A stretch of DNA of 20,000 nucleotides from Chiloscyllium plagiosum (Eukaryota): positions 8,659,879 to 8,679,878 of the forward strand of contig NC_057751.1 of NCBI RefSeq assembly GCF_004010195.1. The letters are read 5' to 3'. Below are positions 9,672 through 20,000 of this stretch, one piece after another. Position numbers and translations under genes: made by a program. Position 1 is the stretch's first letter, and each line of letters starts with the position of its first letter. The notes under the pieces were generated by a model that did not search any database, had not been told where the DNA came from, and worked only from the letters and a program-made list of their open reading frames with translations.

Positions 9672-12500
9672 CATCAGAACATCGAACATTGCAGCACAGT
9701 ACAGGCCCTTCGGCCCTCGATGTTGTGCCGCCCTGTGCTGAAGCCCATCTCACCTACACTATTCCATTCTCGTCTATATACCTATCCAATGACCATTTAA
9801 ATGCCTGTAAAGTTGGCAAGTCTACAACTGTTGCAGGCAGTGCATTCCGCTCCCCTACTACACTGAGTAAACAAACTACCTCTGATATCTATCCTCTATC
9901 AACCACCCCTCAATTTGAAGCTATGGCCCCTCGTGCTTGCCGTCACCATCCGAGGAAAAAGGGTCTCACTGTCCACTCAATCTCACCCTCTGATTATCTT
10001 GTATGTCTCAACTATGTCACCTCTCAACCTTCTTCCCTCTAATGAAAACAGCCTCAAGTTCCTCAACCTTTCCTCATAAGACCTTCCCTCTGTACCAGGC
10101 ATCATCCTCGTGAATCTCCTCTGAACACTTTCCAAAGCTTTCACATCCTTCCTATAATGCGGTGACCAGAATTACACGCAATACTCCAAGTGCGGCCACA
10201 CCAGAGTTTTGTACAGATGCCGCTTGACCTCATGGTTCCAAAACTCGATCCCTCTACTAATAAAAGCTGGCATACTGGATGCCTTCTTAACAGCCCTATC
10301 AACTTGGTTGGCCATTTTCAGATTTCTATGCACATGGACACCAAGATCTCTCTGCTCATCTACACTGCCAAGAATCTTACCATTAGCCCAGTACTCTCCA
10401 TTCACTCCTTCCAAAGTGAATCACCTCACACTTTTCTACATTAAACTCCGTATGCCACCTCTCAGCCCAGCTCTGCAGCTTATTTATATCCCGCTGTAAC
10501 CTACAACATCCTTCGGCAGTATCCACAACTTCATCCACCTTAGTGTCATCTGCAAATTTACTAACCCATTCTTCTACGCCCTCATCCAGGTAGTTTATAA
10601 AAATGACAAACAGCACTGGACCCAAAACAGATCCTTGTGGTACCCCACTAGTAACTGAACTCCAGAATGAACATTTCCAATCAACTACCATCTTCTGTTT
10701 TCTTTCAGCTCACCAATTTCTGATCCAAACCACTAAATCGACCTCAATCCTATGACTCCGTATTTTGTGCAGGAGCCTACCATGGGGAGCCTACCATGGG
10801 GTATGCCTTACTGAAATCCATATCTACCACATCAACTGCTTTACCCGCATCCACCTGTTTGATCATCTTCTCAAACAACTCCAGAAAGTTTGTGATGCAT
10901 GCCCTACCCTTTACAAAACTGTGTTGACTATCTCTAACCAACTTATTCCTATCAAGGTGATTATAAACCCTACCTCTTCTAACATTTTCCAATACTTTAC
11001 CCACAACCAAAGGAAGGCTCACTGGTCTGTAACTACCATGGTTGTTCTACTCACCTTCTTGAACAAGGGAACAACATTTGCGATCCTCTAGTCTTCTGGC
11101 GCTCTTCCTGTAGGCAATGACAACAAAAGAGCAAAGCCAAAGGCTCAGCAATCTCCTTCCTGGCTTCCCAGAGAATCCTACATAAATCCCCTTGGCCGGT
11201 TAGGATTTATTCTACTTTCACACTTTCCAGAATTTCTAACACCACCTCCTTGTGAACCTGAATCCAATCTATCACCTACCTACCTCACCTACGTCAAAAT
11301 CTCGCACCTAGCTGGGTTCAGTACCAAATTGAATATGGGCTCGCCCCTTGTTGGCCTGTCTACATACTGCGTCAGTAAACCCTCCTGTATACAATGGACA
11401 AAAACTGTCCCATCTAAAGTACGTATTCCCAGTCAATTTTTGGAAGTTGAAATCCCCCATAACAACTACCCTGTTGCTCTCGCTCCCACTGAAAATAATC
11501 TTTCCTTTCCTCTAAATGTCTGGGCCTATTCAGAGGCCTGCAGAAAACTCCCAACAGGTTGACCTCTCCTTTGTTGTTTCTCATCTCAGCCCATACTACC
11601 TCAATTGACGACTCCTCAAACGTCCTTTCTGCAGCCATAAGACCACGTTTCTCTGTTCTGACTGAAACATCTAAATCCCGGAACCTGAAACAACAACTAT
11701 TCCTGTCACTGCTCTATCCGTGTCTCTCAAATAGACACAACATCAAAATCCCAGGTACCGACCCATGATGCAAGTTCACCCAGCTCATTACAGATGTTCC
11801 TGGCATTCAATTGACACACTTCAAACCAGCGTTTTGCTCGCCGGTGTCCTTTTGCAACCCTGAAACCTCATTTCAGGCCTCCCTACTCTCAACCTCCTCT
11901 ATACTTGAACTACAATTTAGTTTCCCATCCCCCTGCTGAATTAGTTTAAACCCATCCAAAGAATATTAGCAAATTTTCACCCCTAGGATACTGGTGCCCC
12001 TCTGGTTCAGGTGAAGACCATCCTGTTTGTAGAGGTCCCACCTACCCCAGAAAGAGCCCCAATTATCCAAGAATCCAAAACTCTCCCTCGCTGCACCATC
12101 CCTGTGGCCACGTGCTCAACTCCTCTCTCCCCCTATTCCTCCTCTCACAAGCACGTGGCACTTGCAACAAACTAGAGGTAACAACTCTTTGTCCTCGCTC
12201 AAAGCTTCCTCCCTTTCTCCCTGAATTTCTGCCTGAATTCCCCATCTCTCTTCCTACCTATGTCAATGGTGCCGATGTGGACCACAACTTGGGGCTGCTC
12301 CCCCTCCCTTGCATGGATTCCGAGAACACGATCGGAGATCTATCACGAACCCTGGCACCTAGAAGGCAACACACAAACTGTAAGTCTCTCTCAATCCCAC
12401 AGAACCTCCTGTCTGTACCCCTAACTATGGAGTCCATAATGACTAATGCTCTGCTCCTCTTCTCCCTTCCCTTCTGAGCAACGGGGACAGACTCTGTGCT
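9672..12500 (-). mobile_element. Long, internally deleted CR1 LINE (ORF1 esterase, APE endonuclease, RT, 3' tail)
   Basis: Minus-strand pieces occur in the correct order: ALVIMDSIVRGTDRRFCG...CCLLGARVRD (SGNH/GDSL esterase ORF1), VVWAEMRNNKGEVNLLGVFCRP (APE), DSQHSFVKGRACITNFLELFE...VDVVDMDFSKA, SGVPQGSVLGPVLFVIFINYLD...SKFADDTK (RT), YKTLVWPHLEYCV, then a 3' tail near 9672-9730. Confidence 0.93.
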
Positions 12501-12584
12501 AGAGATCTTGGAAAGAACCAAAAAAAAAGTGGCAAAGAAATGTAGGAAAAATAATCCACAGCTGGAAGCAATGAAAACAATTGC

Positions 12585-12585
<1 letters not shown>

Positions 12586-12616
<31 letters not shown>

Positions 12617-12762
12617 NNNNNNNNNNNNNNNNNNNNNNNNNNNNNNNNNNNNNNNNNNNNNNNNNNNNNNNNNNNNNNNAGAGAGAGACACACAGACAGA
12701 CAAAGAGAGAGAGAGAGCGAGAGAGAGACACAGAGAGAGAGAGAGAGAGAAAGAGACAGAGA
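12586..12762. repeat. (GA)n microsatellite interrupted by a 63-N gap (12617-12679)
   Basis: Direct reading: gagaga... on both sides of the gap, with some ca/gc interruptions. Confidence 0.95.
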
Positions 12763-13124
12763 AATTGTAATTGGGAATGCACAAGAGGCCACAATGAGAG
12801 AGAGGTGCATGTATCACAGTAATTTATGAGGTTGAAAAGTAACTCAGAAAGGAGGTGGGAGCAAAGCCAGGGAGGCATATAAAATAACTGGCGAAAATTG
12901 TAAAATTTTGACGGGCATGGAAGTAAATGCAGACCAAAAGAAAACATGAGATAAAGTCACCAACAGCCTGGTTAAATCACAGACTGTTGTCAGAAGCTTG
13001 GATCAGAATTGTGAGTGGGAACTGAAATAATGCCCACACACTCTTCACAGAAGATTGAGACAATTCATGCAGAGGTCATTTCACCTAAAACTGAATTCTG
13101 ATAAATGGGATGCTGCAGCATCAA

Positions 13125-13285
13125 AACTTGAATTTGTATAGCACCTTGAACATAAGTTGTCTGTACAAGTGGCACTCAGTCTTGGAAATAAATTTAAACT
13201 TTATTTGAAATTAAACATAAATGAGGATGTGAAGTTGCAGCAACGGAGAGTTTTACAAAGGGAATTACAAAGCTTCAGTCCTGTC
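13125..13285 (-). repeat. Possible old L2-type LINE 3' fragment
   Basis: aacttgaatttgtatagcaccttgaaca...ggagagtttt...agggaattacaaagctt resembles recalled L2 3' ends and the reverse complement of 4770-4820. Confidence 0.35.
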
Positions 13286-13311
13286 GAGTGTAAGGCATGG
13301 TTATAAATTTT

Positions 13312-13963
13312 TCAGATGAGAATATAGGAGAGGCATGGTCACAAATTTTGCAGATGACACCAAACTTAGTAGTGCAGTGGACACCGAAGGAGGTTATGTA
13401 AGAGGACAATGGGATCTTGATCAACCATGCCTATGGGTCAAGGAATGGCAGATGGACTTTAATTCAGTGACATCTGAGGTGTGGCATTTTGGTCAGACAA
13501 AGCTGGGTAGGACTTACACTGTTAATGGTAGTGTTATCAGAGAGACCGGAGGGTGGGGGGGGGGGGGGAGCTGCAGGTACATAGTTCCTTGAAAGTGGCA
13601 TCGCATGTAGACAGTGTGGTGAAGAATGCATTTGGCACCCTTGCCTTAGTCAGTCAAAGCACTGAATAAAGAAGTTGGGAGATCATGTTACAGCATTACA
13701 AAACATTGCAAAGGTCAGATTTGGAGTACTACATACGATTGTGGTTGCCCTGCTATAGGAAGGATGTTATTAAATTGTCAAGGATGTAGAAGAGATTTAC
13801 CAGGATGTTACTGGGATTAGAGGGTTTGAGTTACAAGGGGAGACTGGATAGGCTGGTATGCCTTTCTCCGGAGCACAGGGTTTATAAAATCATCAGAGGC
13901 ATGGATCAGGTGAACAGCCAAGGTCTTTTCTCAAGAGGAGGGATATCCAAAACTGGAGGGCAT
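13312..13963 (+). mobile_element. CR1 LINE RT C-terminal fragment
   Basis: MVTNFADDTKL...WDLDQ..LWVKEWQMDFN..EVWHFG followed by DNA collinear with the copy at 1-490 up to the 'TRGH' region (aactggagggcat). Confidence 0.88.
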
Positions 13964-14680
13964 GGAGAAACAGATATCCGATAAACACAATCCACCAGCT
14001 CCTCAGGAACACTCCCAAACAGGCAGACACAATGCAACCAAAAACTACAGCCATATTACCTTACATCCAAGATGCATCAGAAACGACTCCCAGACTAGTC
14101 AGACCACTTGGCATCATGGTAGCCCACAAATCTATCCACACTTAACAGCGACTAATGAAATTAAAGGATGCATTAGAAACAACCAGCAAAACTAACACTT
14201 ACAAGATACCATGCAAGAACAGTAAAAAAAAACACTACAATGGACAAACAAGCAGGAAACTTGCCACCAGGATACACAAACACCAACTGGCCACCGAAAG
14301 ACATGACCCACTATCATTAGTTTCTACACATACAAAGAAGGACACCACTTTGACTGGGAGAACACACACATCCTCAGACAGGCAAAACAAAGCCATGCAT
14401 GAGAATTCTTAGAGGCATGACATTCTAACCAGAACTCCATCAATAAACTCATCGATTTCGACCCCATCTACCTCCTCTTGAAAAAAGGAGCCGGATGTGA
14501 CATCACACGGGTTAAGAAAACAAGACCTATAAATAGAAAGGGAGGACATGCCACCAGCACTTCACCGGAGACTCTCATCGATGATTTTACCCTGTATAGT
14601 GATGAAAACAGCTCTTCTAACTCAGTGAGCGAACTTACATACTTATCAACCTGAGCTACAAATCCTCTCAAAAATCACTA
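13964..14680 (+). mobile_element. Penelope-like element 3' fragment (GIY-YIG endonuclease and pLTR), frameshifted
   Basis: Frames give LPYIQDASETTPRLVRPLGIMVAHK, TNTYKIPCKN...HYNGQTSRKLATRIHKHQLATERHDPLS (xYxIPC...YxGQT.R.L..R..EH GIY-YIG pattern) and HHFDWENTHIL...EFLEA. The downstream non-coding end contains a decayed hammerhead-like motif at 14578-14609. Confidence 0.85.
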
Positions 14681-15285
14681 ACTTTCTATGACTATCTAAT
14701 TGCCTGAAAAGTGCCTACATTTTGATGTCTCCCTTCAATTGAGGCAAATGGAGTTTTGATTACTCATATCCTTCTTGTTTTCTATAACTCTGATTAGTCC
14801 TTTTTCTATTTCAGGGAGATCGAATTGTGACTTTGCATTCTGCAAGAACCACAGTACAGTTGATTATAACATTGTACGAGTGCTTTCATTCTGCTTGACA
14901 GCAAACTGCACAATGTACTGAAATTATGTGCCTCTTGCATCCATCACAGAACAAAGGAGTTTCAGGCTCATAATAACCGATCTTGTGCAATACAACAAAA
15001 ATGACAAAACACCTTTGATTTTAAGATGTTCTTTGGAAGCATTCACATAAAAGCTGCTTCATTTAGGACCGTTCAGTTGCCAAGTCAGTAGTCTTTATTG
15101 ATCCATGTTTATCTATAACTACTCAGATAATGTGCTACTCGAGTGTTTCGGTCAAATAGTACAAATGCATGCGAGGGAAAGCTCAATACTTGAGAGAGTA
15201 CGGAACAGATACATTGGTAGATGAAGTGAAGTACGGATAGGAGGAACTTAATATGATACATGAATACTGCTACTGATCTGTTGGG

Positions 15286-15545
15286 CTGAATGGTCTTGTT
15301 TGATATGCCTCTGAGCATTGGGCCAGTTCTTTACTCACGTATAGAATTATAGGCTACATTTATCACAATTGTAATGTCATTTGTCATGACATACAAGGAG
15401 AAAGTGAGGTCTGCAGATGCTGGAGATCAGAGCCTGAATGGTCTTGTTTGATATGCCTCTGAGCATTGGGCCAGTTCTTTACTCACGTATAGAATTATAG
15501 GCTACATTTATCACAATTGTGATGTCATTTGTCATGACATACAAG
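15286..15545. repeat. 112-bp direct repeat pair (15286-15397, 15434-15545) flanking a 36-bp insert from the short element tail
   Basis: The copies differ at one base (15373 a vs 15521 g). Insert positions 15398-15432 match 3626-3660 at 34 of 35 nt. Confidence 0.9.
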
Positions 15546-15957
15546 ACCATTTACGAAATAGCCTGATCACCTCGATTATAAACAGGGGCTACTCTTATCT
15601 TGAAGAGGAGACAGAAGTATGGAATGGGGTTACCAACCTTGAACATAAATGTCTTGAAGGAATGAGACATCTGAATCATTCCATCACTTAAAGCGCATGT
15701 TCCTGGCCTTGACATACAAAAAGAAATATCCATTTTACAATTTCTGCTGGGAGTCTACTTTTATAACCTATTAATCAAGAATCAAAAAGTACACTGAACT
15801 GTACTTGTCTGGAGCCTTCCACACCAAAGCTCTGATCACAATGACAACTCCTGATCCTGGCCTGACATTGTCTCCATGAAGACAGTGGAGATTCTTCTTT
15901 CAGTTCACACATTTCAAAGTTAAGTGTCTCACATTCCATCTCACATCTATGTCACAC

Positions 15958-16002
15958 TTATATATTTATATATATATAAAACTCAATTTATATATATTTT
16001 TT
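15958..16002. repeat. Short imperfect (TA)n / AT-rich low-complexity tract
   Basis: ttatatatttatatatatataaaactcaatttatatatatttttt. Confidence 0.6.
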
Positions 16003-17903
16003 AAAAGCAGTGGTACCCTTTTCATCTAAGTGAAATCACATACTCTGAAATCACATTAATCGTGACAGGCAACAAGAAAAAATGTTTTCATCTGTTTGTC
16101 CAAAGAACCTTGAGATCATAATGATTTACTTATCAAACACACATTGGAGAAATAGTCTCCAATGGTAAGAGAGTGCCAGTGGTTCAAGTGCCTGCTGTCT
16201 ATTTAAGATGAATAGCAAGATCAGATAAATGCACATAAAATCAATTGTATTCCAAGCTTCATAGGATCTTGTATTATCTTACTTATGCAATACCTCTGAA
16301 CACAAAGTTGCTGTTTGAACTTGGCAATCACAGACAGAAAAGTTTTAACATCAACCCGTTGCTTCTCCTGCTGTGTTTTTCCTTCCTCCAGCATTTGAAA
16401 TCTCCCCTGCTACAGACTCATCTATTTGCAGAGTGGATGAAGGTACTCTTAAAAAAAAACCAGCATTCAACTGAACTCACCGTGAAAACTTTCAATGACA
16501 ACACAAGTGGAAGACGACAACAAAATGACCTGTGAAGCCACACTTTTTTTTTCAAATTTCATCTGCCCAAATATGACCTCTTCCACCCCACCCAGCGACT
16601 GAGAGTTCAAAACCCAAGTTATATCATTCACTGAGACACTAGTCACAGCAGGTCTTCTGTGAAGCCCAACACCAAACCTTCCTGTTTCTCCATTACATGT
16701 GCCAGTGGCCCCCTGAATTGAAACCCAACTTTCCATGACTGTCTTTAGCAGCAATGCCACTTCAAAATGATGCGAGAAACCTGCAGACATCCCACCTCAC
16801 AGAAGCAGATCACAGCCAAGCAATGGCTGAAGGTGTTGCCAGTTTGAAGGATGGTCTGTTTAGCCAAAGTTCCAGACTAATACATCAGGGACCAAACGTT
16901 TTAGCAGGGTATGTGCCTTTTACCTGGACAATTCCCTGAAGCTGTTGTTCCTACCCAGTCGGGCCTCGAGGTAACTCCAGCCATATGGATGACGGTGAGG
17001 TCTGTGTTCCCCAGCAGTGATAAAAACAGAGCATAAGCATAGCATGACGCGTATCAACCTATCCGAAGAACAAATGCACTTAAAAAGCACCAAGGCAAGG
17101 AAATCAAAGTAGATTGTTTGCACTTCAAATGTTCAATGCAATACTGTGTAACATTTTGCTTCTGCAAACTATGTTTCATGTAGAACATTCCAAGAGCAAC
17201 TTGCTATTTCTGGTCAGTCTTGTTTATTTACCTGTGGAACAACAAATGGGGATCACTGCCCAGCACCACTCAAGTGCTGTTGGATGATCTTGATTTGGAG
17301 GACTGATACTCTATTTCAGCCCAGTCCACATTTTCTCGCACAGGAAGCCTCAAAAGGAAGATAAATAAGCTGGACCCACAATCATGCAATTGTCATGTTT
17401 CCCGATTCAAACTGCCAACAAAAGGCATTTAACTTGACAGAGACATTGTGGTCCTCCAATAGCTCAAACTCCAAGCTTTACTGCTCGTGTTAGAAATTTG
17501 TTATCATTTTGCACTTGAGCACAAATCCACTCCTCTCACACGGAGCATGAGTTCGGAGGATAATACTTTTATGATTGGTGCGGTGCACAGAGGACTTCAA
17601 TTACCTTCCCACAAGTGCCCCAGCTAAATCCTACTTTTGTATTCATAAATATCAACCTTAGTGGACCACTGTTTGCAGTTTGTGGAGGATTTCGACTAGC
17701 ACCTTATTAAAGTTAGCTTCAATTTAAACACAAGCTTTCACTTACAAATCCATTATTGGGGATCGTGTCATGTAATTTCTTCATTGTCATTTTCAAACTG
17801 GACTAAATTAATCCTCCTCCAATGAATCATTGATTTAAATTCAACCTGATGTCAGTGCAAGTACACACCTTAAATCATGTTTTTTTTTCTTTTACTCCCA
17901 CAG

Positions 17904-18376
17904 GTTCTTTCTTCCCGAAGTATAAAGCCCCAGAGACCATCTTCAAAATAACATTTTGGCTTGGCTATTTCAACAGCTGCATTAACCCCATCATATACCC
18001 AGCTTCAAACAAAGAATTTAGGAAGGCATTTCAAAGCATCTTGAAGGGTCAATGCTGTCACAGGAAAAAGGCATCACTTCACCCTCCCCTGAGCTCCAGC
18101 CACAGTGCAGAGGGGCAAAAGCACGTAGTACGCATTCCTGTCGGGTCCAGGGAGACCTTCAAGATCTCCAAGTCTGATCGAGATTGTGAATGGAAATTAT
18201 TTTCCACCCAGCCAGATCATGGAACAGAGAACAAGTGCTGGGATCTCAATGGGAGAGGGAGAACGATTCTGTGCTGCTGTTGCACCGATGCCAATGCACC
18301 TCATGGTGAGACACACCATGCACCGGGTTTGAAACCTCAAGCTTATTCGGTTGGTGATTACGGTGATCCTGTGTGA
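17904..18376 (+). CDS. adra1a: Alpha-1A adrenergic receptor-like GPCR, coding exon 2 (ECL3, TM7, C-terminal tail, stop)
   Basis: Polypyrimidine tract plus CAG acceptor (ttttttttcttttactcccacag|GT) gives G+GT = Gly in frame with exon 1. Translation [32 protein letters not shown]...EFRKAF...QCC...[25 protein letters not shown]...CCCC...GDPV*. The [14 protein letters not shown] block is characteristic of the ADRA1A C-tail. The joined CDS is 910+473=1383 nt, 460 aa. Confidence 0.93.
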
Positions 18377-18811
18377 TCAAGTGACTCCAGAACTGACAAG
18401 AGGTTTCCCAGAGGGGCACACCACCAATTCCACAGCTCGACAGAAATTTGCTACTTGCCATTCCAATTCTGTTCATCCATCATCACTACCATCCCCAAAT
18501 GTTTTCTCATTCACTCGCGCACACAATGCTGACCATCTTTGAGAAGTTGAGGTAGGTTCAGAATAAGGCTTCATTATCGTTAAAATGGATCACCAAGATT
18601 GATTATCTTGTCAGGAATGGACTGTATCTAAGACATATTCAGTCACTTGAAGAAAAATTGCACAGACCCTCAACGATCTTGGTAATCCCTCAATTTCGCA
18701 CAGGTTCAACTGAAAAGTGACGTACCTGTCGCTCTGCTTTATTTAGTGAATGTTGGTTTATCTTCCCAATTACATGTTCTAAAATGTTGTGCCACCTCAT
18801 TTCTGATGGGC

Positions 18812-18817
18812 ATTAAA
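18812..18817 (+). promoter_or_regulatory. Candidate polyadenylation signal ATTAAA in the 3' UTR
   Basis: ATTAAA about 435 nt after the stop codon; I did not see a canonical AATAAA downstream of the stop. Weak without transcript data. Confidence 0.25.
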
Positions 18818-19545
18818 CACTTTTCAAATGAAACCAAGTGCAGCAAACTGTACAGGTACAAAGTCCAGGAAAACTCCTTTTCAGCGATTCATACATAGAA
18901 GGTAAAAAAAAGTGCCATGTGCATTAAGTCCAAGGCAATGTGAACATTTTCTGAGACAAGATAGTGAACAAAGGTGCTTCAATGGATGATATTTTTACTT
19001 CACATGCAAGAGCTGGAAAGATTTTACCTTTGACTTCATGACAACTCTTGATTCAAAGTGACAGTTCTATAATCCTTTCTTGGAATGAAATGGCTTTATA
19101 AAATGGCACTCAAGAGAGACAACAATGACATAACTCTGAGTTTTTTGGGGAAATAAGGCGGCTCTGTCTTCATCAAACTCAAACTGGTTTTGCAAAATGA
19201 CAAACATTTTGGCAGTAACAGTACACTGAACCCGCTTAGACAAGCGAAACATGCTTCTGAAAGTTTTAAGAAACCAAATTTGTAAAAGACATACAAGCTC
19301 ATTTTCTTCTCTCTGGATTTTGGGTCGCATTGCCCGGAGTCAACTTGTTCACTGCTGTGTTCAGCAAATCCCTTCAGAGTGTTTTCCTCTCCATGGTTTG
19401 ATCTCCTCAGACTAGGTTCTACCTGCTGATCTGTCCTCAGCTTTGCAGCATGCCTTGGTAGGTTTGAACTATTAAGCTAAACAGATTCCAAGTTTAGAGG
19501 TTTATTGTCTTGGCATAGTTGGATGATGTTGTCTTTGAAAAGCAT

Positions 19546-20000
19546 GAGAGAGTAAGAGAGAGTAAGAGAGAGTAAGAGAGAGAGAAAGAGAGAGAAAGAG
19601 AGTAAGAGAGAGTAAGAGAGAGTAAGAGAGAGTAAGAGAGAGTAAGAGAGAGTAAGAGAGAGTAAGAGAGAGTAAGAGAGAGTAAGAGAGAGTAAGAGAG
19701 AGTAAGAGAGAGTAAGAGAGAGTAAGAGAGAGTAAGAGAGAGTAAGAGAGAGTAAGAGAGAGTAAGAGAGAGTAAGAGAGAGTAAGAGAGAGTAAGAGAG
19801 AGTAAGAGAGAGTAAGAGAGAGTAAGAGAGAGTAAGAGAGAGTAAGAGAGAGTAAGAGAGAGTAAGAGAGAGTAAGAGAGAGTAAGAGAGAGTAAGAGAG
19901 AGTAAGAGAGAGTAAGAGAGAGTAAGAGAGAGTAAGAGAGAGTAAGAGAGAGTAAGAGAGAGTAAGAGAGAGTAAGAGAGAGAGAAAGAGAGAGAAAGAG
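19546..20000. repeat. 10-bp tandem array (AGTAAGAGAG)n, about 45 units, running off the window
   Basis: Perfect units from 19551, with variant units AGAGAAAGAG at 19581, 19591, 19981 and 19991. Confidence 0.97.

Larger units (their letters stand above)
2682..17903 (+). other. Single large phase-1 GT-AG intron of the adra1a-like gene (about 15.2 kb including N gaps)
   Basis: GTAAGA donor at 2682 and poly-Y/CAG acceptor ending at 17903; the reading frame is restored across the junction (LPLG|SFFP). Confidence 0.9.

Noticed and set aside
12258..12947. Long ORFs with ER/SL repeats
   Set aside because: Products of the (GA)n microsatellite and N gap; only the 12258-12480 part is real CR1 ORF1 remnant.
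16245..17123. Short ORFs or possible conserved element in the distal intron
   Set aside because: No recognisable protein or repeat signature by eye; a cross-species alignment would be needed.
17849..17903. ATG-initiated start of the 175-aa ORF
   Set aside because: These codons are the intron polypyrimidine tract; receptor homology begins at the acceptor (17904).
19546..20000. CRISPR array or telomere
   Set aside because: No spacers, eukaryotic context, and the unit is not TTAGGG.

Overview
Eukaryotic (vertebrate) genomic DNA; the repeat content suggests a cartilaginous fish, but this is inference. The window holds one complete two-exon alpha-1 adrenergic receptor gene most like ADRA1A on the + strand. 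Coding exon 1 is 1772-2681 (GC/CpG-rich, TM1-TM6), followed by a phase-1 GT-AG intron of about 15.2 kb (2682-17903, containing two N gaps). Coding exon 2 is 17904-18376 (TM7 and C-tail). The joined CDS is 1383 nt (460 aa). The receptor keeps the catecholamine-binding core but has unusual ionic-lock residues (ERY instead of DRY; Gln at 6.30) and a mix of alpha1A-type and alpha1B-type pocket residues. The flank and intron are filled with decayed CR1 LINEs, one of which spans ORF1 esterase to the 3' tail, plus a Penelope GIY-YIG 3' fragment, likely L2/SINE remnants and simple repeats. The most unusual non-coding signal is a short non-autonomous element family carrying a minimal hammerhead-ribozyme-like core. 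It appears as an 85-bp-arm hairpin with a 14-bp target duplication, as a single copy with an 11-bp duplication, as a 35-bp tail fragment between two 112-bp direct repeats, and possibly as an old decayed copy upstream of the gene. The window ends in a 10-bp tandem array.
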